From assembly GCA_903829815.1 (NCBI GenBank), contig CAIKRR010000030.1, positions 25,730-89,729 on the forward strand: a DNA stretch of 64,000 nt. Reading direction: 5' to 3'. The translations under genes were made by a program, and so were the position numbers. The stretch is from an uncultured Pseudomonadota bacterium. Its GTDB lineage: Bacteria; Pseudomonadota; Gammaproteobacteria; Burkholderiales; SG8-39. Positions 1-9,015 of this stretch are shown one piece after another (the first letter of the stretch is position 1; each line of letters begins with the position of its first letter). The notes under the pieces are model-generated. The model saw only the letters and a list, made by a program, of their open reading frames with translations, made no database searches and was not told the origin of the DNA.

Positions 1-2
1 GC

Positions 3-866
3 CAGCTCAGCGGCTTGCTGGGCGGTCGACGCATCGACGAGTCACTCTTCGAAGACCTCGAAACAGCACTCCTGCGGGCCGATGCCGGCCTGCCAGCCAC
101 CACACACCTGATCACGGCGTTGCGCGCCCGGGTCAGGAAAGACCGGCTCGAAACGGCAGAGCAACTGAAAGACGCCCTGCGCGAGGAGCTCACCGCGCTG
201 CTTGCGCCACTTGAGCAATCGCTGGACCATCGCAGCGCAAAACCTTTTGTCATCATGGTGGCCGGGGTCAACGGCACCGGCAAGACAACCTCGATCGGCA
301 AACTCGCCCATTACTTCCAGGGTCAGGGTGCCAGCGTGCTGCTCGCAGCGGGCGACACCTTCCGCGCTGCCGCACGTGAGCAGTTGACCGAGTGGGGTGA
401 GCGCAACGGTGTCACGGTGATTGCCCAGGACAAGGCCGATGCGGCCGCCGTCGTTTTCGACGCCATCGCGGCAGCTCGCGCCCGCGGCATCGACGTGGTC
501 ATTGCCGACACCGCAGGACGACTGCCGACGCAACTGCACCTGATGGAGGAGATCCGCAAGGTCAAGCGGGTAATCGGCAAAGCCGATTCAGGCGCCCCTC
601 ACGAGGTACTGATCGTGCTCGATGCCAACACCGGACAAAACGCGGTGAGCCAGGTACGCGCCTTTGATGAAGCGCTGGGGGTGACCGGCATCATCATGAC
701 CAAGCTCGATGGCACCGCACGGGGTGGGGTGGTGGCCGCCATCGCCCACACTCGCTCGTTGGCTCAGGGCGCGCCCATCCCCTTGCGCTTCATTGGCGTG
801 GGAGAAGGCATCGATGACCTGCGACCCTTTGTGGCAGCCGACTTCGCCCGCGCGCTGCTCGACTGA
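3..866 (+). CDS. ftsY: Signal recognition particle receptor FtsY (NG domain; 5' end lies outside the window)
   Basis: The reading frame is open to the left edge. SRP-GTPase motifs are present: [15 protein letters not shown] (G1), DTAGRL (G3) and [10 protein letters not shown]. Stop at 864-866. Confidence 0.9.
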   Translation, partial: QLSGLLGGRRIDESLFEDLETALLRADAGLPATTHLITALRARVRKDRLETAEQLKDALREELTALLAPLEQSLDHRSAKPFVIMVAGVNGTGKTTSIGKLAHYFQGQGASVLLAAGDTFRAAAREQLTEWGERNGVTVIAQDKADAAAVVFDAIAAARARGIDVVIADTAGRLPTQLHLMEEIRKVKRVIGKADSGAPHEVLIVLDANTGQNAVSQVRAFDEALGVTGIIMTKLDGTARGGVVAAIAHTRSLAQGAPIPLRFIGVGEGIDDLRPFVAADFARALLD

Positions 867-875
867 ACGCGTACG

Positions 876-1694
876 CTACTGACGCCAGTCGACCGGCTGG
901 CGAAAGCGCACCATCTCCATGCGTCGAACGACCGCATCGAACACGACCCGGGGCAGACTCCCGGCAGGGTCAAAGGCACTGGCATCGCGCCCCGACTGAC
1001 GCCGTACCGCTTCATCGAGAATGACATCGGCACCGCCCATGCCAAGTGCTGCAGCCTGGACTTCGCAGGCACGCTGCAAGGTCCAGTAGCGAAAGAATGC
1101 GTGCGGCAAACTGGTGCCGGTGACCAGCACCCCATGATTGCGAAGGACGAGCACATTGTGGCGCCCAAGGCTCGCCACCAGCCGCTCACGCTCATCACTG
1201 CGCACGGTGATGCCCTCGAAGTCGTGATAACCGACATCGCCCTGGAGGAGCGCCCCGTAGAAGTCATCATGACGCAGACCGGCACGCTTGCAGGCAACCG
1301 CCATCGCAGCCGTGGTGTGGGTATGGATCACGCACTGCGCGTCCTCGCGTGCCGAGTGGATGGCACCGTGAATGGCAAAGGCAGCCGGATTGCCACGCCA
1401 GGGACTTGTCGCGACGTTGACCCCATCGACCCCAACCTTGAGCAGATTCGATGCCGTCACCTCGCAGTAATTGAGCCCGAAAGGGTTCACCAGATAATGG
1501 TGCTCGGCACCGGGCACCCTGAGCGAGATGTGGTTGAAGATCGACTCGTGCCAGCCGAGAAAATCAAACACCTGGTAGCAGGCGGCCAGATCCAGGCGCA
1601 AGGACCACTCGTGCGGATCCATGCCGGCAGGCATGGTGACGGTTACAGCGTCGAGTGCCAGGGCACCGACGTTTTTCCGATCGACTGCATTCAT
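876..1694 (-). CDS. Class II aldolase/adducin family protein
   Basis: 272-aa ORF with the family pattern NHISLRVPG, His cluster CVIHTHT and LRNHGVLVTG. Its ATG overlaps the stop of the upstream ligase gene (ATGA at 1691-1694). Confidence 0.75.
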   Translation of the reverse strand: MNAVDRKNVGALALDAVTVTMPAGMDPHEWSLRLDLAACYQVFDFLGWHESIFNHISLRVPGAEHHYLVNPFGLNYCEVTASNLLKVGVDGVNVATSPWRGNPAAFAIHGAIHSAREDAQCVIHTHTTAAMAVACKRAGLRHDDFYGALLQGDVGYHDFEGITVRSDERERLVASLGRHNVLVLRNHGVLVTGTSLPHAFFRYWTLQRACEVQAAALGMGGADVILDEAVRRQSGRDASAFDPAGSLPRVVFDAVVRRMEMVRFRQPVDWRQ

Positions 1695-3262
1695 GTCAAT
1701 CCCCTCCCGATTTGTCGATCACCACCGGCCAGCAGACGCCGGACCTCGTCCTTTTGCACCTTGCCGAGCGCGTTCCTGGGCAACTGATCGACAAGCACCA
1801 CGCGGCGCGGATGCTTGTAGCGGGCAATGCGGTCGCGAAAGAGCGCGAGCACCATGGCTTCGTCAAGTGCGGGCAGCCCCGGCGCCGCTGCACAAGGCAC
1901 CACCACGGCCACCGCCACCTCACCCCAGCGCGGGTCAGGCATACCCACCACGGTGGCCTCCGCAATCACCGCACAAGCGGCCAGGATGTTCTCAAGCTCG
2001 GCCGGATAGATATTCTCGCCACCGCTGATGATCATGTCCTTCGAGCGGCCCACCACATGGTAGTAGCCCTCGTCATCAACACGAGCCAGGTCACCGCTGT
2101 GAAACCAGCCGTCGCGAAACGACGGATTGTCCGGATCTGCCCAGTAACCCTGCATGAGCGCAGGACTGCGCACCAGAATTTCGCCGACCTCACCACCTGC
2201 CACCTCATTGCCCAGCGCATCGACCAGTCGTACATCGACATGCAAGCCGACCTTGCCGGTGCTGCCGAGCTTGCGCAGCGCATCCTCGGGCTTCAGGTAG
2301 ATCGATACCGGTCCGGTCTCGGTCGAGCCATAGACCTGGGTGACCGCGACCCCTCGATCGATGAAGGCCTTCATCAAGGACTCGGGCACGGTAGAGGACC
2401 CGGTGTTGAGCATGCGCAGCGAACCGATATCGGTACTCATCCACTCGGGGTGCTCGATCACCGCCTTCAAGGTGGCAGGTACCAGCAGCGACACGCTGGG
2501 GCGCGACTGCCCGACCTCACGCAGCCAGGCAGCCGGATCGAAACGCGCATGTATCGTTACCGCAGCGCCGGCATGCAGCGCGGGCATCGTCTGGATACAC
2601 AGACCACCGACATGAAACATGGGCAGGGCCGAGAGCACATGGTCATCGCGGGTGAAGCCCTGGTAGTCGATCGCATTGATCGCGTTCCAGATCACCGCCT
2701 CGTGGGTATGTATCGCACCCTTGGGCAGACCCGTCGTGCCCGATGTGTAGACGATCATGACCGGGTCGGCACCACCACCCACGGATGCCACCGGCTCGGC
2801 ACCCGCTGCGGTCACCGCCTCCCAGCTCGCATCGGCATCGCCCGCGCCGACATTGCACGGGTCTGCCGAGGCCTCATCCATGAAGAGCACCGGGTACTGG
2901 CTGCCTGAGGCCAGCAGCGCATGCACGGTGTCGGCAAATCCGGCACCGGCCACCAGGCGACCCGCCGCCGAATGCGCAAGAATGGCGCGCAACTCAGGCA
3001 CGGCAAGCCGGAAATTGAGCGGCACAAACACCGCACCGAGCCGCGCCAGCGCGAGAAAGAGCACCAGCATCTCGGGATGGTTGTAGCCCAGATAGGCCAC
3101 ATGGTCGCCGCGCGCAACGCCGGCACGCTGTGCCAGGCCGGCGCTGGCCTGCTCGATGCGCTGCCATAGGGCGCTGTAAGTCATGCTCCGACCCTCGAAG
3201 CGCAATGCAGTCCGCTCGGGCTGAAACTGCGCATGCCGCTCGATGATGCGAGAAAGGCTCAT
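1691..3262 (-). CDS. AMP-dependent aryl/acyl-CoA ligase (adenylate-forming enzyme)
   Basis: 523-aa ORF with YTSGTTGLPKGA, GWFHSGDLA, SGGENIYPAELE and C-terminal LGKVQK signatures of the ANL superfamily. Confidence 0.85.
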   Translation of the reverse strand: MSLSRIIERHAQFQPERTALRFEGRSMTYSALWQRIEQASAGLAQRAGVARGDHVAYLGYNHPEMLVLFLALARLGAVFVPLNFRLAVPELRAILAHSAAGRLVAGAGFADTVHALLASGSQYPVLFMDEASADPCNVGAGDADASWEAVTAAGAEPVASVGGGADPVMIVYTSGTTGLPKGAIHTHEAVIWNAINAIDYQGFTRDDHVLSALPMFHVGGLCIQTMPALHAGAAVTIHARFDPAAWLREVGQSRPSVSLLVPATLKAVIEHPEWMSTDIGSLRMLNTGSSTVPESLMKAFIDRGVAVTQVYGSTETGPVSIYLKPEDALRKLGSTGKVGLHVDVRLVDALGNEVAGGEVGEILVRSPALMQGYWADPDNPSFRDGWFHSGDLARVDDEGYYHVVGRSKDMIISGGENIYPAELENILAACAVIAEATVVGMPDPRWGEVAVAVVVPCAAAPGLPALDEAMVLALFRDRIARYKHPRRVVLVDQLPRNALGKVQKDEVRRLLAGGDRQIGRGLT

Positions 3263-3289
3263 CGGCCATCGACCCCTGGCGTGCGATGA

Positions 3290-4579
3290 CTACTCATCGG
3301 TCTCGCCCGACTCGTACAAGGCCTCGCGCCCCATCCGATCCAGACACAGTTCGGCCGTCCAGGGCAGCATGAGCGACCCGCAACGGCTGTCGCGATAGAG
3401 CCGCTCGAGCGGCAGGGTCTTCAACATCGACTGCCCACCACAGGTGCGAATGGCCAACCGGCAGATATCGTTGGCGTTTTCCATCACCGTGTACTGGGTG
3501 GCATAAAGCCGCAAGCGTGCGTCCTTGGGCGGGTCGATTCGCGCTTCATGGATGGTGTGCAAAAAGAGCGCCCGGGTCTGCTCGAGCTTCACCCGCATCT
3601 CGGCCACCGCGATCTGCTTGGTGGGGTACATGCGCCGCTTCACCGGTGGCATGTCCGGCACTTCGCCGCGCAGATAGCGGATGGTGAAGTCGTATGCCGC
3701 CTGCGCGATACCCATATAGGTCGGCGCAAGCGTCATGAACATGTGCGGCCAGCGCGAGGCGGCCTGAAAGTAGACCCCACCTGGCATCAGCTGCTCGGCG
3801 TCAGCCACGTACACATCCTTGAACTGCAGGGTTCGCGAGACCGTACCACGCATGCCCAGCGGATCCCACTCACCCGAGATACTGACCCCGGGTGCATCGG
3901 CAGGCACCGCCACGTACATGGTGTCGCGCATGCCCGCACCGACCTTGTCCTCGGTGCACAGCACGCCGTAGAAGTTGGCTGCGCCCGAGAGCGACGCAAA
4001 TATCTTGCGTCCGTTGATCACCCAGCCGCCCTCAGCGCGTGTCGCGAGCGTGCCAAACGGTGCCTTGCCGGCGGCCGCTGCGCTACCCTCGGAAAAGGGC
4101 TGCGCATAGATGCTGCCCTGCTCGACCACGCGCGCGTAGTGCAGGGCTCGGCGTTCATGATGGAGGGCGCGGTCCTCGTCGCTCATGGTGAGGTCATCGG
4201 CCAGAGGTCCCGACCAGAGCTGCGAACAGGCATGCATGTTGAAGGTGAGCGCGGTGGCACCGCAATGACGACCGATCGTGGCAGCCACCATGCAATAGGT
4301 GGCGAAGTCAGCCCCGTGGCCCCCATGAGCCTTGGGCACGCACAGTCGCAAGAGGCCTGCGTCGCGCAGATCTGCGTAATTCTCGAACGGAAAACTCGCC
4401 TCGCGATCGTAGCGTTCGGCGCGGGCCGCAAAGCGCGTGCGACCGAGTTCATCGGCCAGCGCAATGAGAGCTGCCTGCTCGCTGGAGAGCGGGTAGCCCT
4501 CGCCGGTGATGGGGGGTGGCGTGTAGGTGCGCGGTTCACGCCGGACGGCTGGTGCGGGAGATGCAGATTCTGTTGACAT
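3290..4579 (-). CDS. Acyl-CoA dehydrogenase-fold flavoprotein (true ACAD or ACAD-type monooxygenase not distinguishable by eye)
   Basis: 429-aa ORF with ACAD-like organisation and the C-terminal pattern ERLYRDSRCG...WTAE. It lies 27 nt upstream of the ligase gene on the same strand. Confidence 0.7.
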   Translation of the reverse strand: MSTESASPAPAVRREPRTYTPPPITGEGYPLSSEQAALIALADELGRTRFAARAERYDREASFPFENYADLRDAGLLRLCVPKAHGGHGADFATYCMVAATIGRHCGATALTFNMHACSQLWSGPLADDLTMSDEDRALHHERRALHYARVVEQGSIYAQPFSEGSAAAAGKAPFGTLATRAEGGWVINGRKIFASLSGAANFYGVLCTEDKVGAGMRDTMYVAVPADAPGVSISGEWDPLGMRGTVSRTLQFKDVYVADAEQLMPGGVYFQAASRWPHMFMTLAPTYMGIAQAAYDFTIRYLRGEVPDMPPVKRRMYPTKQIAVAEMRVKLEQTRALFLHTIHEARIDPPKDARLRLYATQYTVMENANDICRLAIRTCGGQSMLKTLPLERLYRDSRCGSLMLPWTAELCLDRMGREALYESGETDE

Positions 4580-4603
4580 GATCGGCCTGGATTGAATGGG
4601 TCT

Positions 4604-5422
4604 TCAGTGACTTCCGATCGGGTCGACCGGAAAGTGGCGACCCAGAAAATCGAGCAGGATCGCATTGAACTGCGCCGGTTGTTCCATGCTGGCCAGATGG
4701 CCTGCGCCGGGCAGGCACACATACTCGGCACCACGGATTCGTGCTGCCATCTTGGACATGACCGAGGGCGGCGCATTGCCGTCCCGCTCACCGACCAGCG
4801 CAAGGGTCGGCACATCGATACGATCGAGGGCGGCGCGCTGATCAAAGCCCACCAGGGCATTGAGCGATGCACGATAGACCTCGGGGCGAAGCCGTCCCAT
4901 CGAGTCGGTGGCAATGGCTACACCGGCCGGATCGGGCGCATCACCCAGCATGGCCCGCACGAGCGAGGCGGCCAGTTCGGGCATGGTGCTCCCGGCATCA
5001 AGCCGCGCCAGACGAGCGCGCAGGAACTGCTGCTGCCAATCACCCTCGGGACGGCCAAAGGCCGGACTGGTGCCATAGAGCACGAGCCCCTGAACCCGTT
5101 CGGGCTCTGTCGCCATGACCTGCTGGGCCACCATGCCACCCATGCTGTGCCCCACCAGGACGGTACGCGCACTATCAAGGTGTCGCAGCAGGCGCGCGCA
5201 GGCGGCGGCAAGGCCTGCCATGTCGTAGGGATCGATCAGCGTACTGTCACCGTAGCCGGGCATGTCCCAGGCCGCAGCGCGATAGCCCTCGCGTGCAAGG
5301 GCCTCGAGTTGCCAGGGCCAGACGGTACGACCGCCACCCACACCATGCAGCAGCAGCACCAGCGTATCGCCCGATCCCGCTTCAGTCCATGCCGGCAATG
5401 CGCCTTGTATCGCAGCCGTCAT
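4604..5422 (-). CDS. Alpha/beta-fold hydrolase (possible thioesterase or NicD-like deformylase)
   Basis: I chose the internal ATG at 5420-5422 (MTAAIQG...), 1 nt after the stop of the upstream gene. The longer 336-aa ORF would overlap that gene. It carries the LLLHGVGGG oxyanion loop and the GHSMGG nucleophile elbow. Confidence 0.8.
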   Translation of the reverse strand: MTAAIQGALPAWTEAGSGDTLVLLLHGVGGGRTVWPWQLEALAREGYRAAAWDMPGYGDSTLIDPYDMAGLAAACARLLRHLDSARTVLVGHSMGGMVAQQVMATEPERVQGLVLYGTSPAFGRPEGDWQQQFLRARLARLDAGSTMPELAASLVRAMLGDAPDPAGVAIATDSMGRLRPEVYRASLNALVGFDQRAALDRIDVPTLALVGERDGNAPPSVMSKMAARIRGAEYVCLPGAGHLASMEQPAQFNAILLDFLGRHFPVDPIGSH

Positions 5423-5423
5423 C

Positions 5424-6479
5424 TCACGATTCCATCGACACGAGCACGCCCTCGTCGACCATGGTGCGGCCATCGAGTTCGACCGTGCAATTGCGCAGCG
5501 GCAGATCGAAGTGTCCCAGGGTATGGCGACCGGCAACCTCGTTGGCCCCGGTGGAGTAGAGGAAATTGCCGGCAAAGGCCCGCAGTTCGGTGCCATTGAA
5601 ATCACGGCGGTCATAGAAAGCCATGGCGTCCCAGCGCGCGGCCGGATTCATGCCCCACCCCACATGCGAGACTGCATAGGCTTCGGGCTCTCCCCAGGCG
5701 GCAAAATAACCCCGCATCATGTCGGCATCGAACCCTGCGCCGCTGATTTCGGTGACATAGTCGTTCTCGATCGTGAGATGAACCGCGTCGTGAATGAAAC
5801 GCTTGAAGGTGAGGTTGACATCCCCCGGGGCGAGGACGAGCCGGCCATTGACCGAGCCCGCCGCCGGAAAGGCGAGACACAGACCACCAGGCCAGTGCGC
5901 CACCGTGCCAGGCCGACTGGTGTAACCCCAGACACCACCGACGCGTGCACCTGCCAGACTCACCTCGAGTCGGGTACCTGCGGCCGAACTCACCCTCAGG
6001 GTGCTCGCATCGCGCAGCACGCGCATGGCAGCACGAACCTGCGGCTCGATGGCGTCATCGGGCATCAGGCGCTCGAGCGCCTCGGGATGCTCGTTGGAAA
6101 CCATCAGGAGACGCGCCCCGCCCTTGAGGATGGCGGGCAACTCGGTGGCATGCAGCAAGCCCTCGACGGTGAGATCAACCACCAGTACCGACTGCGCCAG
6201 TGCACCCACCACCGGCGCAAGGCCGCCCAGCGCATCGCTCGCGCCGGTGGACCGGACCGGCGCCGGTGCCTTCAATCGCGGGGATGGCACCACGAGGTGA
6301 AAGGGCCTGCAACCCAGCCGAAGCAGTGCCAGTTCAGCCAACTCGACATTGATGGGCCGCGACTGGGTCTCGGAAAGAATGGCTACGGCATCCCCCGCAC
6401 CCACACCGCACCGTGCGAATACTTCGGCAAAGCAGTCGATCCACTTGCCCTCGATCCGTTCACGCAGCATCTGCGTCAC
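5424..6479 (-). CDS. NicX-like (2,5-dihydroxypyridine 5,6-dioxygenase / aminopeptidase-T-fold) Fe(II) dioxygenase family protein, divergent paralogue
   Basis: 351 aa. It shares SHVGWGMNP, GNFLYSTGAN and GHFDLPLRNCTVELDG blocks with the paralogue at 9016-10065 and with P. putida NicX as I recall it. Confidence 0.6.
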   Translation of the reverse strand: MTQMLRERIEGKWIDCFAEVFARCGVGAGDAVAILSETQSRPINVELAELALLRLGCRPFHLVVPSPRLKAPAPVRSTGASDALGGLAPVVGALAQSVLVVDLTVEGLLHATELPAILKGGARLLMVSNEHPEALERLMPDDAIEPQVRAAMRVLRDASTLRVSSAAGTRLEVSLAGARVGGVWGYTSRPGTVAHWPGGLCLAFPAAGSVNGRLVLAPGDVNLTFKRFIHDAVHLTIENDYVTEISGAGFDADMMRGYFAAWGEPEAYAVSHVGWGMNPAARWDAMAFYDRRDFNGTELRAFAGNFLYSTGANEVAGRHTLGHFDLPLRNCTVELDGRTMVDEGVLVSMES

Positions 6480-6600
6480 CTCCTTCAGAGCCTGCCCTTG
6501 CCTTGAGCCCGGCAGTCATGCGGGCATGCGGCCCCTGCCATCGAAACAGCGCCGTGCGAAGCACCGCGCTCGCACCCGGATACAACCACCGCGTCGCATT

Positions 6601-7395
6601 TTACTTGCGCACACCGGGCGTCTCGATCGCGACACCCTGCGCACGCCAGGCAAGAAACAGTTCAAGGTCCAGATACTCGGGGGCGCCATAGGGCCACATC
6701 TCGGCGCGCACGCCCGACAGGCAACTGCGAAAGCGTCGATGCAGCGATCCGGCCTTCTGCCACTCGAGTCTGTAGATGGGATAGGCATTGGGATGCCCCT
6801 GGCTGATGGTTTCGGCGAGCAACTGGCGCCCCCAGTTCTGCTCATGGCAGTGGTTGCACGCAAGATTCATCTGGCCCATGCGCCGGTAGTAGAGAGCACG
6901 GCCAGCGTCAAAGTGCGCGCGCGCTTCAGCATCGATGGACACACCGATCGGCACGCCGCGCGACCACGACCCGACGTAGGCAGCAATGCCGATCGCCTCA
7001 TCAGACTCGGGGGTGAACGCTGCCAACCCCTGCTTGCCGACCCGGCAGGCGTCGATCCGACCAGCCAGGTTCACCAGGCGCCCGAGCGCGGTATCGATGC
7101 GCGGATAGCGCGCCGCGACACCCTTCATCGATTGCGCGGCGTCACCATGGCAAGTAGCGCAGGCCTGTTGCGAGCGCCCGGCAGGCGCGGCCCACAGCGC
7201 CGCCCCGCGGTCGAGCCACAGCTGCGCGGGGTTGGCAAACTCGTCGGCCTGCATCGCGCGCACCGATGCGGGTTGAAACGAAAGGCCCGAACGCAGGGCA
7301 TCGAGCGCGATGACGCGCTCCTGGGCAGGTGCCATCGGCGCGGCAGCCAGGACGGTCACCGCCAGGACAAGCTGTTGCACGACGGCGCGCATCAA
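6601..7395 (-). CDS. soxA: Diheme c-type cytochrome SoxA-like (L-cysteine S-thiosulfotransferase subunit family)
   Basis: 264 aa with a signal peptide. Two CxxCH motifs (CATCH, CNHCH) and candidate Cys heme-ligand contexts RIDACR and RRFRSCLSG are present. The C-terminal ...ETPGVRK is SoxA-like. Its ATG overlaps the soxX stop (7392-7395). Confidence 0.7.
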   Translation of the reverse strand: MMRAVVQQLVLAVTVLAAAPMAPAQERVIALDALRSGLSFQPASVRAMQADEFANPAQLWLDRGAALWAAPAGRSQQACATCHGDAAQSMKGVAARYPRIDTALGRLVNLAGRIDACRVGKQGLAAFTPESDEAIGIAAYVGSWSRGVPIGVSIDAEARAHFDAGRALYYRRMGQMNLACNHCHEQNWGRQLLAETISQGHPNAYPIYRLEWQKAGSLHRRFRSCLSGVRAEMWPYGAPEYLDLELFLAWRAQGVAIETPGVRK

Positions 7396-7904
7396 CGCAG
7401 CGTCCCGAGATAGGCGACCACATCCTCGATCGCCTGCGCGTCAAGGACGGGCCGGCCAGCAAACGCCGCGGCCACCCGCACACGACCCTCGGCGCGATAG
7501 TAGGCCGGCATGATGCTCTCGGGCACGACCAGGCTCGAGTCAACCATGCGCAGCCGCAACTGCCCCTCGCTCAAACGGGCCCCTGCGCCATCGATCGGCG
7601 GGCCCAGATTGCCCATCGAACGCGCGTTGCCGCCCGGCACCTGATGACAGAGTGTGCAGTTGGACTCGCGCGAAAAGACGACCTCGCGCCCTCGGGTGGC
7701 ATCGCCGCGCAGATCGGCCAACGGCCTGTCGATGGCACCTGCCACGACCTGGAGTCCGGCCAGGACCTGGGCAGCGGCGCCAGAAGCCGATGGCGCGGGG
7801 CGTGGCTGGGCCACCACGACCTGTGCAAAAGAGGCCTGCGCGGTCATCGCCGCAGCAACAACGCAGCCGATGAGGGCAGACAGACCGGCCGCCGCCCTGT
7901 GCAT
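7392..7904 (-). CDS. soxX: Monoheme c-type cytochrome SoxX-like
   Basis: The start at ATG 7902-7904 (MHRAAAGLSALIG..., signal peptide) lies 2 nt after the stop of the Bug gene. There is a single CTLCH heme motif. It is tightly coupled to the SoxA-like gene. Confidence 0.6.
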   Translation of the reverse strand: MHRAAAGLSALIGCVVAAAMTAQASFAQVVVAQPRPAPSASGAAAQVLAGLQVVAGAIDRPLADLRGDATRGREVVFSRESNCTLCHQVPGGNARSMGNLGPPIDGAGARLSEGQLRLRMVDSSLVVPESIMPAYYRAEGRVRVAAAFAGRPVLDAQAIEDVVAYLGTLR

Positions 7905-7906
7905 CG

Positions 7907-8896
7907 CTACTCGGCGCGCGCGCCCGAGGCCTTGACTGCACGCCCCCATTGCTCGACCTCTCTTGCGATGAACGTTGCAAACTCGGCGGGCGTGTCGGCC
8001 ATGGGATCGAGCCCCTGCGCAGCCAGCGTCGCACGTGCCTCGGGGCTTGCGAGTGCCCGTCGTACTTCGGCGTTCAGTCGGTTGACGATATCGACCGGCG
8101 TACCAGCCGGCGCAACCAGACCGCTCCAGAATGCGATCTCGAACTGTGGCAACCCGGCTTCGACGATATCGGGGACATCGGGGTATTGCGGACTGCGCTC
8201 GCGGGAAGTCACCAGCAGAGCCCGCAGCTTGCCTGCCCGAATGTGCGGACCCAGATTGGCGAAACTCTCGAACACCATCTGGACCTGCCCGGCCAGCAGG
8301 TCTGCAACCGCCGGGCCACCCCCCTTGTAGGGAACGTGGACGATATCGGTAGCCGTGATCGTCTTGAAGAGTTCACCGGCCAGATGCAGCGGCGTGCCGC
8401 TGCCGGCAGAGGCAAAGTTGAGCTTGCCAGGCCGTGCACGGGCGAGATCGATCAGCTCGCGCACGGTCTTCGCAGGCACCGCTGGATTGACCGCCAGCAC
8501 GAGCGGCCCGATCGATACCAGACTCACCGGGGCGAACGAGGTGCGGGGGTCGTAGGCAAGACGAGGATAGATGCTCGGCGCAATGCCCAGTGTGCTGGTG
8601 CTGCCATAGAGCAGGGTATAGCCATCAGGCAGGGCGCGCGCTGCCGCCTCCGAGCCGACCGTGCCACCTGCCCCTGCGCGATTGTCGATCACGACCTGCT
8701 GACCCAGACCCTCGGAGAGCTTCTGTGCCACCAGACGCCCGACGATGTCGGTCGGTCCACCGGGCGGAAAGGGCACGATGAGACGCAAGGCCCGTGAGGG
8801 AAAGACCTCGGCCGCAGGGGCAGCCGCCGATGACAGGGCAATCATCGCGCTGAGGACAGCAAGGAAACACAGGGAGGTCGATCGCATGAATATCAT
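7907..8896 (-). CDS. Bug/TctC-family tripartite tricarboxylate transporter substrate-binding protein
   Basis: 329 aa with a signal peptide. Family blocks are LIVPFPPGGPTD, VVIDNRAGAGG, PDGYTLL, HVPYKGGGPA..DLLAGQV and W.GL.AP.GTP. Confidence 0.85.
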   Translation of the reverse strand: MIFMRSTSLCFLAVLSAMIALSSAAAPAAEVFPSRALRLIVPFPPGGPTDIVGRLVAQKLSEGLGQQVVIDNRAGAGGTVGSEAAARALPDGYTLLYGSTSTLGIAPSIYPRLAYDPRTSFAPVSLVSIGPLVLAVNPAVPAKTVRELIDLARARPGKLNFASAGSGTPLHLAGELFKTITATDIVHVPYKGGGPAVADLLAGQVQMVFESFANLGPHIRAGKLRALLVTSRERSPQYPDVPDIVEAGLPQFEIAFWSGLVAPAGTPVDIVNRLNAEVRRALASPEARATLAAQGLDPMADTPAEFATFIAREVEQWGRAVKASGARAE

Positions 8897-9015
8897 TGCC
8901 GGCTGACGGGACCAGAGCCTGATGACCCAGGACCAGTGTGCAGTATATAGTGCCCTTTTCGCTGCCGAACCCGGAGTCCTGCGCGATGCTGCCTGCTCAC
9001 TTCCAGTCTACCGAG

